Shown here one piece after another: positions 47,235-60,987 of a DNA stretch of 64,000 nucleotides. The DNA is from Sphyrna mokarran. Lineage: Eukaryota. Both the position numbers and the translations under genes were made by a program. The stretch's first letter is position 1; every line of letters begins with the position of its first letter. The DNA is taken from contig JAGIQG010000003.1 in the NCBI GenBank assembly GCA_024679065.1, positions 106,144,001 through 106,208,000 on the forward strand, written 5' to 3'. The notes beneath the pieces are model-generated. The model made no database searches and was not told the origin of the DNA. It worked only from the letters and a program-made list of their open reading frames with translations.

Positions 47235-50120
47235 ACAGTACAGCGTTAGCTTGTAGTTAAATACTGCAAGCTTTAATGTATTTAGAAATGTTAGGGAAGG
47301 ATGGAGGGAGTGGTGGGGTAGCTGTGTTAATCACAAACAATAACATCACTGTAGCAAAAATAGATATAACTAACAGAGCTATAAATGCAATCCACATGGA
47401 TTGAGATACTGTGGTCACACTATTAAGGGAATGCTACATGCCACCAAATAGTGAAAATCTAGGGGAAGGAGGAATACATTGGCAAATATCATAAATAAGT
47501 CTTTAAAAAGCACAGAATCATGATTATGGGGCAATTTCAGCTATTCCCATTTAAACTTACAGGGAAAGGAGGTGAAAGGTGAGAAGAGAATAAGCGTTTT
47601 ACAGAATGTAAACACCCCTTTCTGCTTCAATATGTAAAAAACCTAACAAGAACGGAAGCAATGCTAGACCAAATAATGGAAAGTAAACCAGAGCAGACAT
47701 GGGCAGGTAGAGAGAAGTGGTCACAGGATAACAAGGATAAAGGTAATGGTTGGAAGAGATTGAGAGCACGAAGACCAAAGTAATAGATTGGATAAAAGCA
47801 AATGTAGTATAAGTAATCATATTGAAAGTTTTGTAAAACTAATCAAAAGAGTAGACGAGGTTACTTCATGCAGCGTGCATCAACTTTCAAACAGTCTTTT
47901 ATCAGATGGAAGACTCATGACATTTTTAGAGTGTGTGGTGTTAAGGGTTCAAATAACAGATTGGAAAAATAGTTAAAGACAGAAGGTAGGAGTTAAGATC
48001 GGTTTCTCTGATTGGTAGAAAGTGGGAAGTGGCATCCTGTGGTGATCCATGCTGTGACCATGTATATAAATGATTTTAATTCAGTAAACAGAAATATGTT
48101 GATGAAAATCGTCCATGAGGAGAGGGCGTGTAGCTAATAATAGCTAATGTGAGGGATTGCACCAACACACAGGAAAGCATGAACAGGTTTGTAGTGTGGG
48201 TGGATAAATAGCAAAGGAAATTCAGTACAATAAACTGTGGCATGTTTCATCTTGGGAGGAAAAGTTCAAGTCATTTATTCCTTACAAGGTAAAAAATTAA
48301 ATAGAGTAAAAGAGCAATTAGATTTGTGATTACAGATACACGGGACCATAACGTCCTCAGAGTGACAATCAGCGTCGGATTACCACTCCATGCCCACTTG
48401 GCTACACCAGGTCTTTTCTGTGCATATCTCACTCAACCCTCCAACTCAGTCCATGTGAGCCAGGCAGTGCAGCTATATCCGAAACCCTACAGCAAAATGG
48501 AGTGGAGACAAATTGCCTTTTTTTATGGGTGGCACAATGGTTAGCGCTGCAACCTCACAGCACCAGAGACCTGGGTTCAATTCCTGGCTTGTGTCACTGT
48601 CTGTCTGGAGTCTACATGTTCCCCTCATATCTGTGTGGGTTTCCTCTGAGTGCTCCGGTTCCCCCTCGCAGTCTGAAAGATGTGCTGGTTAGGTGCATTG
48701 ACCATGCCAAATTCTCCCTCAGGGTATTTGAACAGGCATCAGAGTGTGGCAATTACGGGACTTTCACTGTAACTTCATTGCAGTGTTAATGTAAGCCTAT
48801 TTGTGACATTAATTAATAATTTTAAAACTACCTTCTGTCAACCAGTTGAGTTTAAAATCGCATTGAGATTAACAGGCCAGGGAGAAGACTGAAGTACTGA
48901 AGATAAGTGGAGAGGATTTGAGGGGTGGAGGGTTAAGTAATAGGGTTTTGGGAAGGGTGGCAAGGGAATGGGGAGTCAGACATTACAGGTTGGCGGGTTT
49001 GGACCTCAGAGAGGAGGGCGGGCCTCAGAAGGATCAGGCCTCGGTGATGGGGAGCTGAGCGGTGCGGCAGGAGGATATCAAGTCAGGCAGAATGTCAGTT
49101 CGTATAGGGCAGAGTTTGGGTGGCAATCTGATCAGGTTTGGGAGTGGGTAGGGTATGGGTTGGACCTTGCGGTGGCAGGAGGCGTACCGGGATCAAATCT
49201 ACAGAGGGGGGTGGTGCATCGATTTGGAGGGGGATCTATGGAGGGTTGTATCTATGTTTGAGAGTTAGCCCTGAGGGGAATCTAAGGGGTGGTGTAAGCA
49301 GGAAAGTACGATGGGCAGGTGGGGGGAATCTTAGGTTGGTGGGAGCATTGTTGGGAAATGCAGTAGGGAGGAGGAGTTAATTGAGGGTGAGGTTATCCCC
49401 TGGGGTTTTGGGAGGAGGGGGAGTGGTTAAGTGTGTGGGAGTAGCCCTGGGGGCCTTCCCTCATCCCCAGTCTGATGCTGAGCAACTTAAAAGATTTACT
49501 AAAGATTCCAATAAAGTGGAATAATATATAAAGGCTGAATGTAATGTTAAATGTAGATAGAACTCTAGTTAGACCACATGTACCTTGTAGTTCTTAGACT
49601 CCTTTCTTCAAAAGGATATTTAAGCACTGATAAAACAGCAGAAAAGATTCATGTGGCTGTTACCAGAATTGAGGAGATGTAAGTATCAGGAAAGATTTAA
49701 TGGGACTTGCCTCCTTTCTCTGGGGAAGGAAAAGATACAAAGAGATCTGACAGAGGCCTTTTAAAAGTATGAACAGGTTCTAGAGGGTGCATATAAAGAA
49801 AATGTTCCTAGTAATTGCGTGTCAAGAAGACAGACACACAAATATAACACAACCATGAAGAGATCAAACAAAAAAATTGGAAGCAATTTCTTTACAGAGA
49901 GAGGGGTGAGAATCTGGAACTTGCTGCCACATGGACTGGTTGAAGCTGATATCATCAATGCATTTAAAAAGATGATGCTATCAGAGTGAGGGGGATACAT
50001 AAACAAGGTCTGAACAGGTAATTGGAGTGAGAAAATATTTATGTGGACTATAAACACAAGGATAGACAAATTGGACCAAAAGGCCAGTTTCTGTGATGCA
50101 GATTTATGTAATTCTGTTCA
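47235..50120 (+). mobile_element. Very old CR1 remnant in two blocks (~47235-48340 and ~49500-50120) separated by other inserts
   Basis: Decayed endonuclease (gattatggggcaatttcagc), RT and C-terminal sequence (aatttctttacagagagaggggtgagaatctggaacttgctgcc). Confidence 0.6.
48527..48825 (+). mobile_element. V-SINE, tail B
   Basis: Head, V-domain and gtaacttcattgcagtgttaatgtaagcctatttgtgacatta. Confidence 0.9.
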
Positions 50121-51187
50121 GGACAAACACTTGAAAATTCTAGAAAGCAGATCACATACTGATTGCCAGAGCACAGATGAATGATGGAGAGGTGATAACA
50201 TGGAATTAATTTAATGGCATCACTAAGAACAACTAATATAAACTTTAAAAATAGATTCCAAATTTAACTATGAATTTATTTAATTCAAGTTCCGCTTCAG
50301 TCACAAACTTGTAATATCTCAAAAGAATAATTTATCATTTACATTATATTTTGGCTTGTCTGCAACAAAGAGACAACTTATATTTATTTTGATGTTGACA
50401 TTAAATCCCCAAGTATCACGTATTATGAAAGGGTGATGGTCAAGGAAGTGGAACCAACTAAAATGGATGCTGACTGTATTGTTTGCAAACTGGATAGTGC
50501 ACTGGACACCTCTGGATTGAATGTAGCTTAGACTGACAGATTCATCTCTCTGCCAACTGTCTGGGCTCAATATGAAATGTGTGTGGGCAGACAACTCTGT
50601 TCTGAGTGGCATGAGCTTTCAGCAACAAACTACCCACAATTTGGCACAAGGTAAAATTAAATTGGCAATCTCATTTGGCAAGTATGTAAGAATGTCAAGT
50701 GAGGAAAATGTAAACATTTACCCTCAGATAGTAGGGTTGGGATTGTGTGCTTGGGAATTCAGATACATTACTTGGGAAGAATAAAAAGCAGCTGTATCCA
50801 GCATCAGACCAATACTGTTGCCGACTTGGGATACTAACTCCTCATGACAAGGTGCAAAGGCTGATGTATCCTGCACTGGTATTCCTTATGTTGCTCAGCA
50901 CAAAGGAATTCTGTACAGAGGTGGCAGCAGACTTTTGTATGACAGCCCTGGCAAGAGAGAAAATTAAGCCCAATGGAAGTATCTTGAGTCTCATCATAGT
51001 AAGATATATATATATATTATATATAAATATTATTGCAGCAATAATCTGATATTTGAAGCACTCAATGATCAAATGTGCCTGAAAATCAACTCCATCATTG
51101 AGTGCAACCAATCCAGGTATGTTAAACTGGGTGAGGCAACTCAAGGCGGGGTTGGGCACCATATGGGTTGACCTTTGTGAGACTGAA

Positions 51188-52015
51188 ATATAGAATATAG
51201 AAAAACTACAGCTCAAATAGGCCCTTTGGCCCACAAGTTGTGCCAATGATATCTCTACCTAGTAGGCTTATCTATAACCTTCAATTCTGTTAAGTTCCAT
51301 GTACTCATACAGAAGTCTCTTGAAAGACTCTATCGAATTTGCCTCCACCGATGGCAGCTGATTCCGCTCACCCAACATCCTCTAAGTGAAAACTTACCCC
51401 AATATCTCCTCTGTACTTACTTCCCAGCACCTTAAACCTGTGTCCTCTCGTAGCAACCATTCCAGCCATTGGGAAAAGACTCTTGAGAATCCACTTAATC
51501 TATACTTCTCACATCTTATACGCTTCTATCAGGTAACCTCTCATCCTTTGTCTCTCTAAGGAGAAAAGACCAAGCTCCCTCAACCTATCCTTATAAGGCA
51601 TGCCATCCAATCCAGGCAACATCCTTGTAAATCTTCTCTGCAGCCTTTCAATAGCTTCCACATGCTTCTTGTAATGAGGCGATCAGAACTGAGCACAGTA
51701 TTCCAAGAGAGGTCTGACTAGGGTCTTATAAAGCTGTAGCATTATCTCCCGACTCCTAAACTCAGTCCCTCAATTGATGAAGACCAGGACACCATTGGCC
51801 TTCTTAACCACATCCTCTACCTGTGCTGCCAATAGGTCCTTCTGATCATCTACACTGCTAAGAGTCTTACCCTTGATATTATACTCCTTCATCCCATTTC
51901 ACCTGCCAAAATGGACGATTACACATTTATCTGGTTGAAGTCCATCTGCCACTTCTCCGGCCAGTCTTGCATCTTATCTATGTCATGCTGCAACCTCTGA
52001 CATCCCTCCAAACTG
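51188..52015 (-). mobile_element. CR1 LINE 3' fragment
   Basis: atatagaatatagaaaaactacagctcaaataggccctttggcccaca tail, followed by C-terminal ORF2 in reverse complement. Confidence 0.8.
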
Positions 52016-53409
52016 TGTTGGACTGAATGTCTGATGTAAACTATTACCAGTTAGAATAGCTCACATTTACACATAACATTTTCTTTGTTGCCCACACCTT
52101 TGTTCTGAATCTCAAACGCTCCCTTCAGATCAGATAGTTTGAGATCAAATCTTAATCTACACAACAAAAGTTCAAGAAAACTTTTTTATAGCCACCATGT
52201 CCTAGTCAATCACAAATCAAGCTTTCAATCTCATATACAAAGATATGACTGACCTACATTAATCCCTGTTTTCCCCCCCCGCCACAAGCCAGAAATTTAA
52301 AATTCTCATCCCTCTGTTTAAATCCCTCCATCACTATGCTCTCCTTACCTATGTCGCCTTTACTAATCCTTCTCACCACTCTACCCTACCACCTCTTCAT
52401 TCTTTTAATTTAGGCCCCCTCTTCATCCTACCGCTTTCTAATCCACCACTGATGTACATTCTTTCAGCCTGCCTAGGATGTGAATCTCTTCTATCTCTCT
52501 GTTTTCTTGTCCATTTACAAGATTCTTCTTAAAACCCATCTCTCTGATCGATCATCTTTTGGTCACTCAACAGAATTGCTCCATCTTTAGTTCAGTATCA
52601 TTGCATTGCTGTGAGGCACCTTGGACTGATTTTGTCTCTGAGTTGCGATATAAATACCATTTGTTGTTATTATTGCCACTGACTCTGATTGTTCCATTGC
52701 CAATCGATGTTCACAGTGTAACAAAGCCGACAAACCACGGGTTCCTTTTCCTCCCTTCCCACCAGCCCTGTAGAACCAGGTAAAACTCCGGGTTTCAACA
52801 AATGGTTTAATTGTGCAAAAGTCAGGACGCTGAATGCAAAGAAAGCACCCATTGAGTATGCTATTATTTGTAACTGTGCATAATGAACAGCAGGTGGTAG
52901 CACTGAATTAATCTGGTCAAAACATACTGGCAACCTTGCTTTCTAGTTTGCACCAATCTCTAGTACTTTGCGTTGCTATACAATATGCTAATATTAAAGA
53001 CATTTCTTTTATCAGCAATCTGTAAAAAAAAAAGGAACAGGAACAATTAACCTTCTGGTATCCTTCACTAAGAGGTATTCTTTCGTACTGGATCTATATT
53101 TTCAATGTCTGCAATTTGTCTTGTGGAATCACTAATACTCTACAATATAAATGTACATATTCAGTATGTGTCATTAATCAAAACATGGTTAGCTGTAGTT
53201 GAACAGACACAGTTAATGAATTTTTCACCATCAAAAAATTATGTGAAATAATGCACTTCCAGTCCAGTTGGGAAAAGTGTAAGCCTATCCTCCATTACAG
53301 GACACCTGTATTTTGTTGATGCACTGATTATATGTATCATGTCACCTCTCTATTTGAAACATCCAAGGATGTGATTAGCCCATTTCAGTAGTGTAATAAC
53401 TGGAGACGA

Positions 53410-53722
53410 ATCATAGAATCCCTACAGTGCAGAAAAAGGCTGTTCGGCCCATTCAGCCTGCACCAATAACAATCCCAAGCAGGCCCTACCCCCATAACCC
53501 CAAGCAATCTCCCCAACACTAAGGAGCAATTTAGCATGGCCAATCAACTTAACCTGTGCTTCTTTGGACTGTGGGAGGAAATCAGAGCACCCAGAGGAAA
53601 CCCATGTAGACACAGAGAGAATGTGCAAACTCGACACAGACAGTCACTGAAGGTCAGAACCAAACCCGGGTTCCTGGCACTGTGAGGCAGCAGTGGTAAC
53701 TACTGTGCCACCATGCCACCCC
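53410..53722 (-). mobile_element. HE1-type V-SINE, tail A
   Basis: aatcatagaatccctacagtgcag...tgtgaggcagcagtggtaactactgtgccaccatgccaccc. Confidence 0.9.
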
Positions 53723-56464
53723 TCGATGTGGCTCCAACAACATAAAGGGTTTATTCAATTATGATAACTACTTACACTCTAAGGGTCTAACAGAATCACT
53801 GCACAGGTGATTCTCTGGTTCCAAATGAATTCTTCCCAGAAACCAGGATGTGCACCCTTGCTCCCGATTAGCCCGTCTTCATGAGCTTCCATTCCATAGT
53901 GTCTGGCCTGATCACATGACCTGCAAAGGCTTGCCCCTTAAAGAGACAAGTAGCATTTGCAATATTTTGCCTTGCACTATTGTCTTCAAACGGAGACAGT
54001 TGGAAGTTTTCTTCCAACTTTTGATCACCATTTATACTACAGGAGAAAAGCGTGCTTATTGATTGATAGATGGCTTTGATTGGCCCATGCATCACCATGG
54101 AGATTGCCAGGGTGAATAATAGGCTTCCAAGTAATTGAAAAAGGCCAAAGGTTTGAACGTTTTCCTTTTGTATGCAGAGAACGTGTCCCTTTGTGTGAAT
54201 GTATATTGCTTCTAGCAAGCACAAATGAGACATTATCATTGTGACAGATCATTTTAACTTGGTTGTTAGCGTAGCTATGATCAACTCCCTTGCTAACAAT
54301 GCTGAGGGAATACCTTCTTTACAAAGAGTACAGCAGTTGAATAAGCTGGTTTTGCAGCAGGAAATAAATTCTGCCATTTCCCATAGCCAAATCCCATGAA
54401 TTAAAAAGAACATGAGGAGGCATGGATGCCAAAGAGTTCTCTGTCATATTTCAGAATATCAATCACATAATTGTAGATTTTTTTCTTAATATAAAAAATT
54501 TGTTTGACAACCAAGTGGAAGGACATTAGCTGACCACATGCAGAATTTGCAATTAGTTATTGATAAGGAGGCCACCATTGCTGTTTCTTCCATGCCATCC
54601 AATAGGTAGCTGGTCGTGCAGCTGGCTTCCCTTGACCCTGGTTCACATTAACAGTCAGAAAGTTACTGTTCTTGGGTCAGGAAAAAACATTTATCTGCCC
54701 TTGATGGTCTCGAATACTTCCAAGTAATTGTTAACCTCCCATGATCTCTGCGTCTTCATTGCTATCGCTCCTGAGAGAAACTAACTCAGCAAAAGCAAAG
54801 GATTGAAAATATGGCTTATTCCCAGTCCACATGATTCTGTACCACACCACTTTTTTTTTATTAGTGTCACAAATAGGCTTACATTAACACTGCAATACCT
54901 CCACTGTTCTCCTAGTTGCCACACTCCGGTGCCTGTTTGCGTTCACTGAAAACGAGGGATCACTGATCCCGATAATATGTATAATAACAACATGTACTTT
55001 AACCATATATGATTCAAGCTGGCATATCAGACCAGGTGTTCAATTGGCTTTATAGAATTCTAGACTGCAATATTTTGATAAGCCATTGATAGGTATATGA
55101 CACTTGCTCCCAGTACAACAGGACTGCATTTCATTGTCCTTATTAAACATTAGAAACAAAGTTAAAAAAATTCTGATGCAGTCTATCATTAAAGATGGCT
55201 TGTGCCCTTTCTGCTAAATATCTAAATGATAGCTTCAGCTGTTCACAGATTATTCAAGGGCTGTGATATGGAGTGGTTGGCAGTTAACGTGTTGAGACGT
55301 TCTTGACACAGTTAGTTGTAGTCACTCAGGCTGTTGAGCTTAAGATGGCATTCGTAAAGAATGAGGTAACCCAAAAACCATGAAGAAATCCAAAGAACCT
55401 AATTTTTAGTCAAAGATAATCTCTCCACCTTTGAAATCTTTAAACAGTGGAAAGCTGTGTAAGCACCTAGCCCGAAGCCTGGAGAATCCTATGTTTTCTA
55501 ACAGCTTTTCCTTTCAGACAATCCAAAACCTCATTGCCAAATGCTGGCTGGGGTCTGATGCAGTCTGATGGTGTCCTGAAGGCGTATTGAGGCTCACGGA
55601 GCCTGAAAGAGACCCTGCGGCTCAGTAACTTGCATCAAGAACATGACATTGAATTCATCGTGTTATCCAGAAGCAAACTAAGGGGAGTGAGAGCTGCCAT
55701 TTACAGCAGTTCTGACAACAATTGCTCTGATGACTGAGATTTAAGGATTGCTTAAACATGACTGGCACCACAGCGGTCAACTCACATTGTTTGTGACAGG
55801 ATGTCACTCCTAACATTTTCTGAATTGAGTGATAGAGTGCACAAATATCAGCACAAACCATAGCCCAGCACAACATCACAGGTTAGTTCAGAGCCTTAAC
55901 AAGTGTTATCTTCAAAAAATTCACAAGGTGAGCAGTTCTACATTGTTGACACTTCTGCCACATAATTCTTTTATATAGTATGGGTAAATATATAGTTTAA
56001 TAGTTCGTAGGAGATTCAGCAATTATTCACAATACTGTTTATATTTAGAAGTACAGCAATACCAATTAATCTGCATTGATTATAATTACACAGTACCTGA
56101 TTAATATTCAGGGGAATCTTTATCATGTCTGTTATGATAATTTGTCCAAAGATGTTTTTTAATTCTGCTTCCTTGGAAACAACCTTGTTTAACCAACAAG
56201 GCTATTCTTTATGCATTTCTTCATTCCCCTTATAAGTTATTTCTTCCAGCAACTTCTCCTGTCTGTTATGCCCATTGCTCTTGAACATGAATTGTACTTT
56301 TCAAAAGGTAAACACAATTAATTAAGTTCTTTTACAAGGTCAGATCATGGCACCGAACAAACCAGCTAAAAATGGCAACATGCATCGTGTGTATATGGGG
56401 TAATAGAACTAGTACCATGATGTAAATTTGCTACAATAGGAATACAGTTTTACCATTGCTTTAA

Positions 56465-56783
56465 CCAGAGATGTATAGGTTAGGTGGACTGACCTAATAC
56501 CACCAAATTGCCCCTTTATGTCCCTAAATACGTAGGTAAGGTGGATTGCCCATGCTAAATTGCTCCTTACTGTCCAAAGATGTGTAGGTTAGATGGATTA
56601 GCTGTGGTAAATTGCCCTATAGATAGATATCCAAGTTTGTGTAGGTTAATTTGACTGGCCATGGTAAATGTGCTGGGTAATGGGGATAGGACGAGGGAGA
56701 GTGCATGGATAAGATGCTCTGTCAGAGATACAGACTTTTAATGGGCCAAATGGCCTCTCCTGCATGATAGGGATTCTATGATT
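56465..56783 (+). mobile_element. Headless HE1-like SINE with four tandem copies of the ~52-bp internal unit
   Basis: gatgtgtaggttaggtggattggccatgctaaattgcccctt-like unit x4, then tail A. Confidence 0.75.
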
Positions 56784-57172
56784 GCGATGCAATATCATAA
56801 TGGTTCCTGGGTTTTCATAGTTAGTTTTAAAAATATTTTGTTGCAGAATACCTGTGTTAGTTAAAATATATTTTAGCCCATCTGTTTTATGTTTGCGCTT
56901 CATTAATTTTAAGGAAGTAGCTAACTAACTTGTGGGAATTTTTTTGAGTGCGCACCATTAATGGGAAATTTTACCTGCACTAGAAGATACTCATTGTTTT
57001 GAAAGTTATGGGCAACATGCATCGTATTTCCCTATATGTGCTGACAATGGATAACGTGTCATAGACTCATGTATTGAGAAATTTTCAGCAAATCTGTAGA
57101 TCTTGTTGTGAAACTTGGTAAGTTTAAAGGAAAGACAGATTATTTTTCATCCATTTCTCTTTATTTATTCAG

Positions 57173-57281
57173 GTCAGCCAGTATACATTTGCAATGTGCA
57201 GTTACCGGGAGAAAAAAGCTGAGCCTCAGGAACTGCTGCAACTGGATGGATACACAGTGGATTACACTGACCCACAGCCAG
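57173..57281 (+). CDS. CADPS: CADPS coding exon (PH domain): [36 protein letters not shown](G)
   Basis: Acceptor tttatttattcag| and donor G|gtgaaa. 109 nt = 36 codons + 1 nt, in frame with both neighbours. Confidence 0.96.
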
Positions 57282-59409
57282 GTGAAAGGCTTCAGTGCAC
57301 AGCTATTGAATCAATTCAATACTGACATCTAGAGAAGGCAATGTAACATGAAACAGCTGCATAGAAAGTAGATTTTCTTTGGCTTTTACTGACCATTTTG
57401 TCATACCTTTGTCATAACTTTTTTAAAAAAAGGCCTATTCATATTTGCAGCTGCAATCATCCAGCATGCCATTACACATGATTTTAATTTTCTCTGTCTT
57501 GACAGTAATCTGCCATCATGGATTATTGCCTTTGGTAAAAACACCTAATAGAAGGCCCCTGCTAGCAACCTTACTCTTGGAAACTTCTCTCCCCACCGAC
57601 TTACGGCATTCAGCAAGCTAAATTTAAAAGTTACAATCCCCTCCACAATGTCACCCCATTTTGCATCTGTTCTCCAACTGTGTACATCATTCCACATTCT
57701 TCATTTTCTGACTTTCGTATCTTTGTCTTTCTTTCCCATGGCACATTCAGTGACAGAGATTTCAGCCTTCTCAAATTATTACTGAGTCTTATTATCTCTT
57801 ATTCCGACATACGAAAACCTCTGTAAAGCTTATCTTTTTACTACATCTAGTCTCCTCCATAAAATCATCACCAACTACTGCTTAGTGTCCATTCACACCT
57901 TGGGATGTTTTTGCAGCATGCAAATTGTCATTGTAACAGTGTAATGTAAATCAAATTTAATCCATGAAAAGCAAAAGCATTGGAATTTTAGACCAGGTTT
58001 ATTGACCCCGTCAACATATTTGCTGACACAATCTCTGAAAATCTTGTATGGTAACATTTGTTTTCACCTCATACTTTGTTCATCTACAATATATAAAATG
58101 CTTACATGTGCATGCTCTTTCCTGTTTCTGAAACTTTATTTCCTGCTCTCACATATTTATCCAATTTCATGTTAACTTTTTCCAATATAAATTCTTACAT
58201 CCACATTTATAACGAAAATTAACTGTGTAAAATTATAAATACTGTAATTACATTCTCCCTCCAGTGGCCATGCTACTGTATTTCAATTTTGTTCATTGGC
58301 CTGCAATGAAATCATTAAGCACTCTGCTTTCTAAATTGCAAGCAGCTTTGACATTTAACTATATACAATGTCAAATCAAAGCATATTATAAAAAAGAGGA
58401 GAGAACATATGACTTTAAAATGCAGATTGAATAATATCCGCACACCCTGTTGTCATTATCTCCTGCCCTTTAATTCCACTTCCATTTCAAGATTACAATT
58501 TGATCTTTACTCACATGTGTGCAACATGATGGAAAAATAAGCTAACAATATATTAAGAGTTCTTACACCTAGCAGATATTTCTTATTAGCATCAGTTATT
58601 TGTCACACTTCAGATATCACCTTTTCACTATATCCATGTACTTATGCAAAACACCAGAGAAGATCTGTTCTCTCGGTAAAATATTAATGTTTCAAGGATT
58701 ATGCCTTTCTAGAGGTGATGAAATGAGTATTGGAAGAAAGTAAGTGTTTGGGTTGGTCTATGAAAAAGTACGGGACTATTGGATGACCTTCTGCCTTTTG
58801 TAGACTAATCTTTCAGTTGCAATTGTACAAGTATTGATACAGTGCATTTTAGGTGTTCATAAAACCGTTGTATAGGTATGTCCATATAGCAGGGCATTGC
58901 AGCACCTTGGATCATTGGTGCTCAGTGCAGGAGAGGCTGGTCCAATGCCTAATCTCATCCATGCAGCTAAGGGAAAATGGAAGCAAATGGCAGAAACCAA
59001 ATTATAAATTGAAAGAAAGCAAACAACTCAACAAATCTCTAGTGATATGTCAGCTAATCGCTAAGAGTAGATTAGTTGATGGTGCCTAGGAGCATGCTGG
59101 CCACCCATTGTCTGATGCAGGACATAGGAAAGAGCAGAAAATCAGGGCAACAGGAATAAATCAGAATGAGAGAAAACCTGTACTAAATAAAACTGAATAA
59201 CAAAATATAAGTTTATAAAACATTATTGAGCAATGGTTTTATTCTTTAATATCGCCAATATAACTAATTAGTTCATTCACATACATTTCTGTGCCAAGTA
59301 ATCAAGCCAGGTGCTGCTGATTCAAGGTTCTATTCAGTTCCAACATTGCCTGTAATCTGTGCACTGTTGCATCAAAAAGAACTAACTACGGATAGTCCAT
59401 CGTTTTCAA

Positions 59410-60185
59410 AGAGAAAAAGAAAGATTTGTAATTATAGAATGTCTTTCCTAAAGCATTCTACAGTTAATAAAACACTTCTGAAGTATAGTCACTCTTGTCA
59501 CGTAGGAAATATAGCAGTCAACTTATGCATAGCAAGCTCCTACAAACAGCAATCTAGTAATCATAGAATTTCTACAGTGCAGAAGGAGGTCATTCAGCCC
59601 ATTGAGCCTGCACCGACAACAATTCCACCTAGGGCTAGTCCTCTTAACCCCACATACTTGCCCTGCTAATCTCCCTCACATTAAAGGACAATTTAGTATG
59701 ACCAATCAACCTGACCTGCACGTTTTTGGACTGTGGGAGAAAACTGGAACACCCAGAAAAAACCCAGGTAAACATGGGGAAAATTAACAAATTCCACACA
59801 GTGACCCAAGGCTGAAATTGAACCAGGTCCCTGATGCTCTGAGACGGCAGAGCTACCCACTGTGCCACCACACTGCCCAATAATGACCAGATAATCTTTT
59901 CGAGTAATGTTAATTGAGGAATTAATATTAGCTTCGATGGAATAACGTCGCTGCTCTTGTTCAGTATAGTGCCCTGGGACTTTTCTGTCCAACTGAGAGG
60001 ATAGATGGGATTTTGGTTTAACCCCCCACCTACAAGATGGCATCTTTGACAGCACAGCACTCCCTAAATACTGCACTGGTGTGTCTTCCTAGATTTTCAG
60101 CTCAAGGCTTGGTCTTGGACTTGACCCCACAACCACTGGGTGTTCATCTCATAGATGAGAGTGCCATCAACTGAGCCACAGCTAA
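59410..60185 (-). mobile_element. SacSINE1-like DeuSINE interrupted by an HE1 SINE
   Basis: Reverse complement of the 33158 family (gacagcacagcactccctaaatactgcactgg...gagtgccatcaactgagccacagcta). Confidence 0.75.
59560..59879 (-). mobile_element. HE1-type V-SINE, tail A, nested in the DeuSINE
   Basis: aatcatagaatttctacagtgcagaaggaggtcattcagccc...ccactgtgccaccacactgccc. Confidence 0.9.
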
Positions 60186-60774
60186 CAAAAAGATTTTGCA
60201 AGAACTTAACAGTATTTTTTTTTTAAAAAATCAGAAAATCAGAATTTTTTTAAAAAAATGCAAAGTTTACAAGTGTAAGTAGATAATGGGGAGAATTGAA
60301 TTACTGCAAACATCAACATTTATAGTGATTAGAAATCAGAGATAGTAATGTAAAGGTTAAAAGCTTGCAAAATTGACATAGATCTCTAGATCCCTAACAT
60401 GTTAAGTAAGTGTTGCACTGTTACTGAAGTCTGTTGAACAAGTGATAATGTTCACTCTATGTATCACACAAACTTATATAACTTGCTAAGTGGAGCATTG
60501 GCCATATATTTCATTGCATTTCAAACAATGGATTCAATTACTAGGTTTTTTAAAGTATTTTGAGGATTTTTGAGTGTTTTCATGAATGTTTGACTCTTTG
60601 TTTATAAGCAAAGATCAGTTTGGAACAAGTGGCTCAAAGCAACCATAGCTATGTGAATCTAGGCAAATGCAGTTCCTGAACTGTTTCAAAAATATATTTA
60701 TTGTAATAATGTCTGCTGATTTTGGAGTGCAAATGTACACTCTTCTCACAGTTGATAAATAATTTATTGTTTAG

Positions 60775-60987
60775 GTTTGGAGGGTGGTAGGGCATTCTTT
60801 AATGCAGTCAAAGAAGGCGACACTGTGATTTTTGCCAGCGATGATGAACAGGATCGCATCCTTTGGGTTCAGGCAATGTACCGTGCAACTGGTCAGTCCC
60901 ACAAGCCTATTCCTCCAACTCAAGTCCAAAAACTTAATGCCAAAGGAGGAAATGTACCCCAGCTGGATGCTCCCATCTCCCAGTTTT
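60775..60987 (+). CDS. CADPS: CADPS coding exon (end of PH domain): (G)[70 protein letters not shown]
   Basis: Acceptor ttgtttag|GT and donor T|gtaagt. 213 nt; overlaps ORF 60777..61031. The C-terminal [15 protein letters not shown] is CAPS1-type rather than CAPS2-type. Confidence 0.96.

Noticed and set aside
57108-57332. ORF overlapping the PH exon
   Set aside because: Wrong frame. The real exon is 57173-57281 in another frame.
4040-59879. tRNA-like A/B boxes and recurring ORFs (e.g. GSIPGLGHCLCGVC)
   Set aside because: These are SINE heads and V-domain translations, not tRNA genes or proteins.
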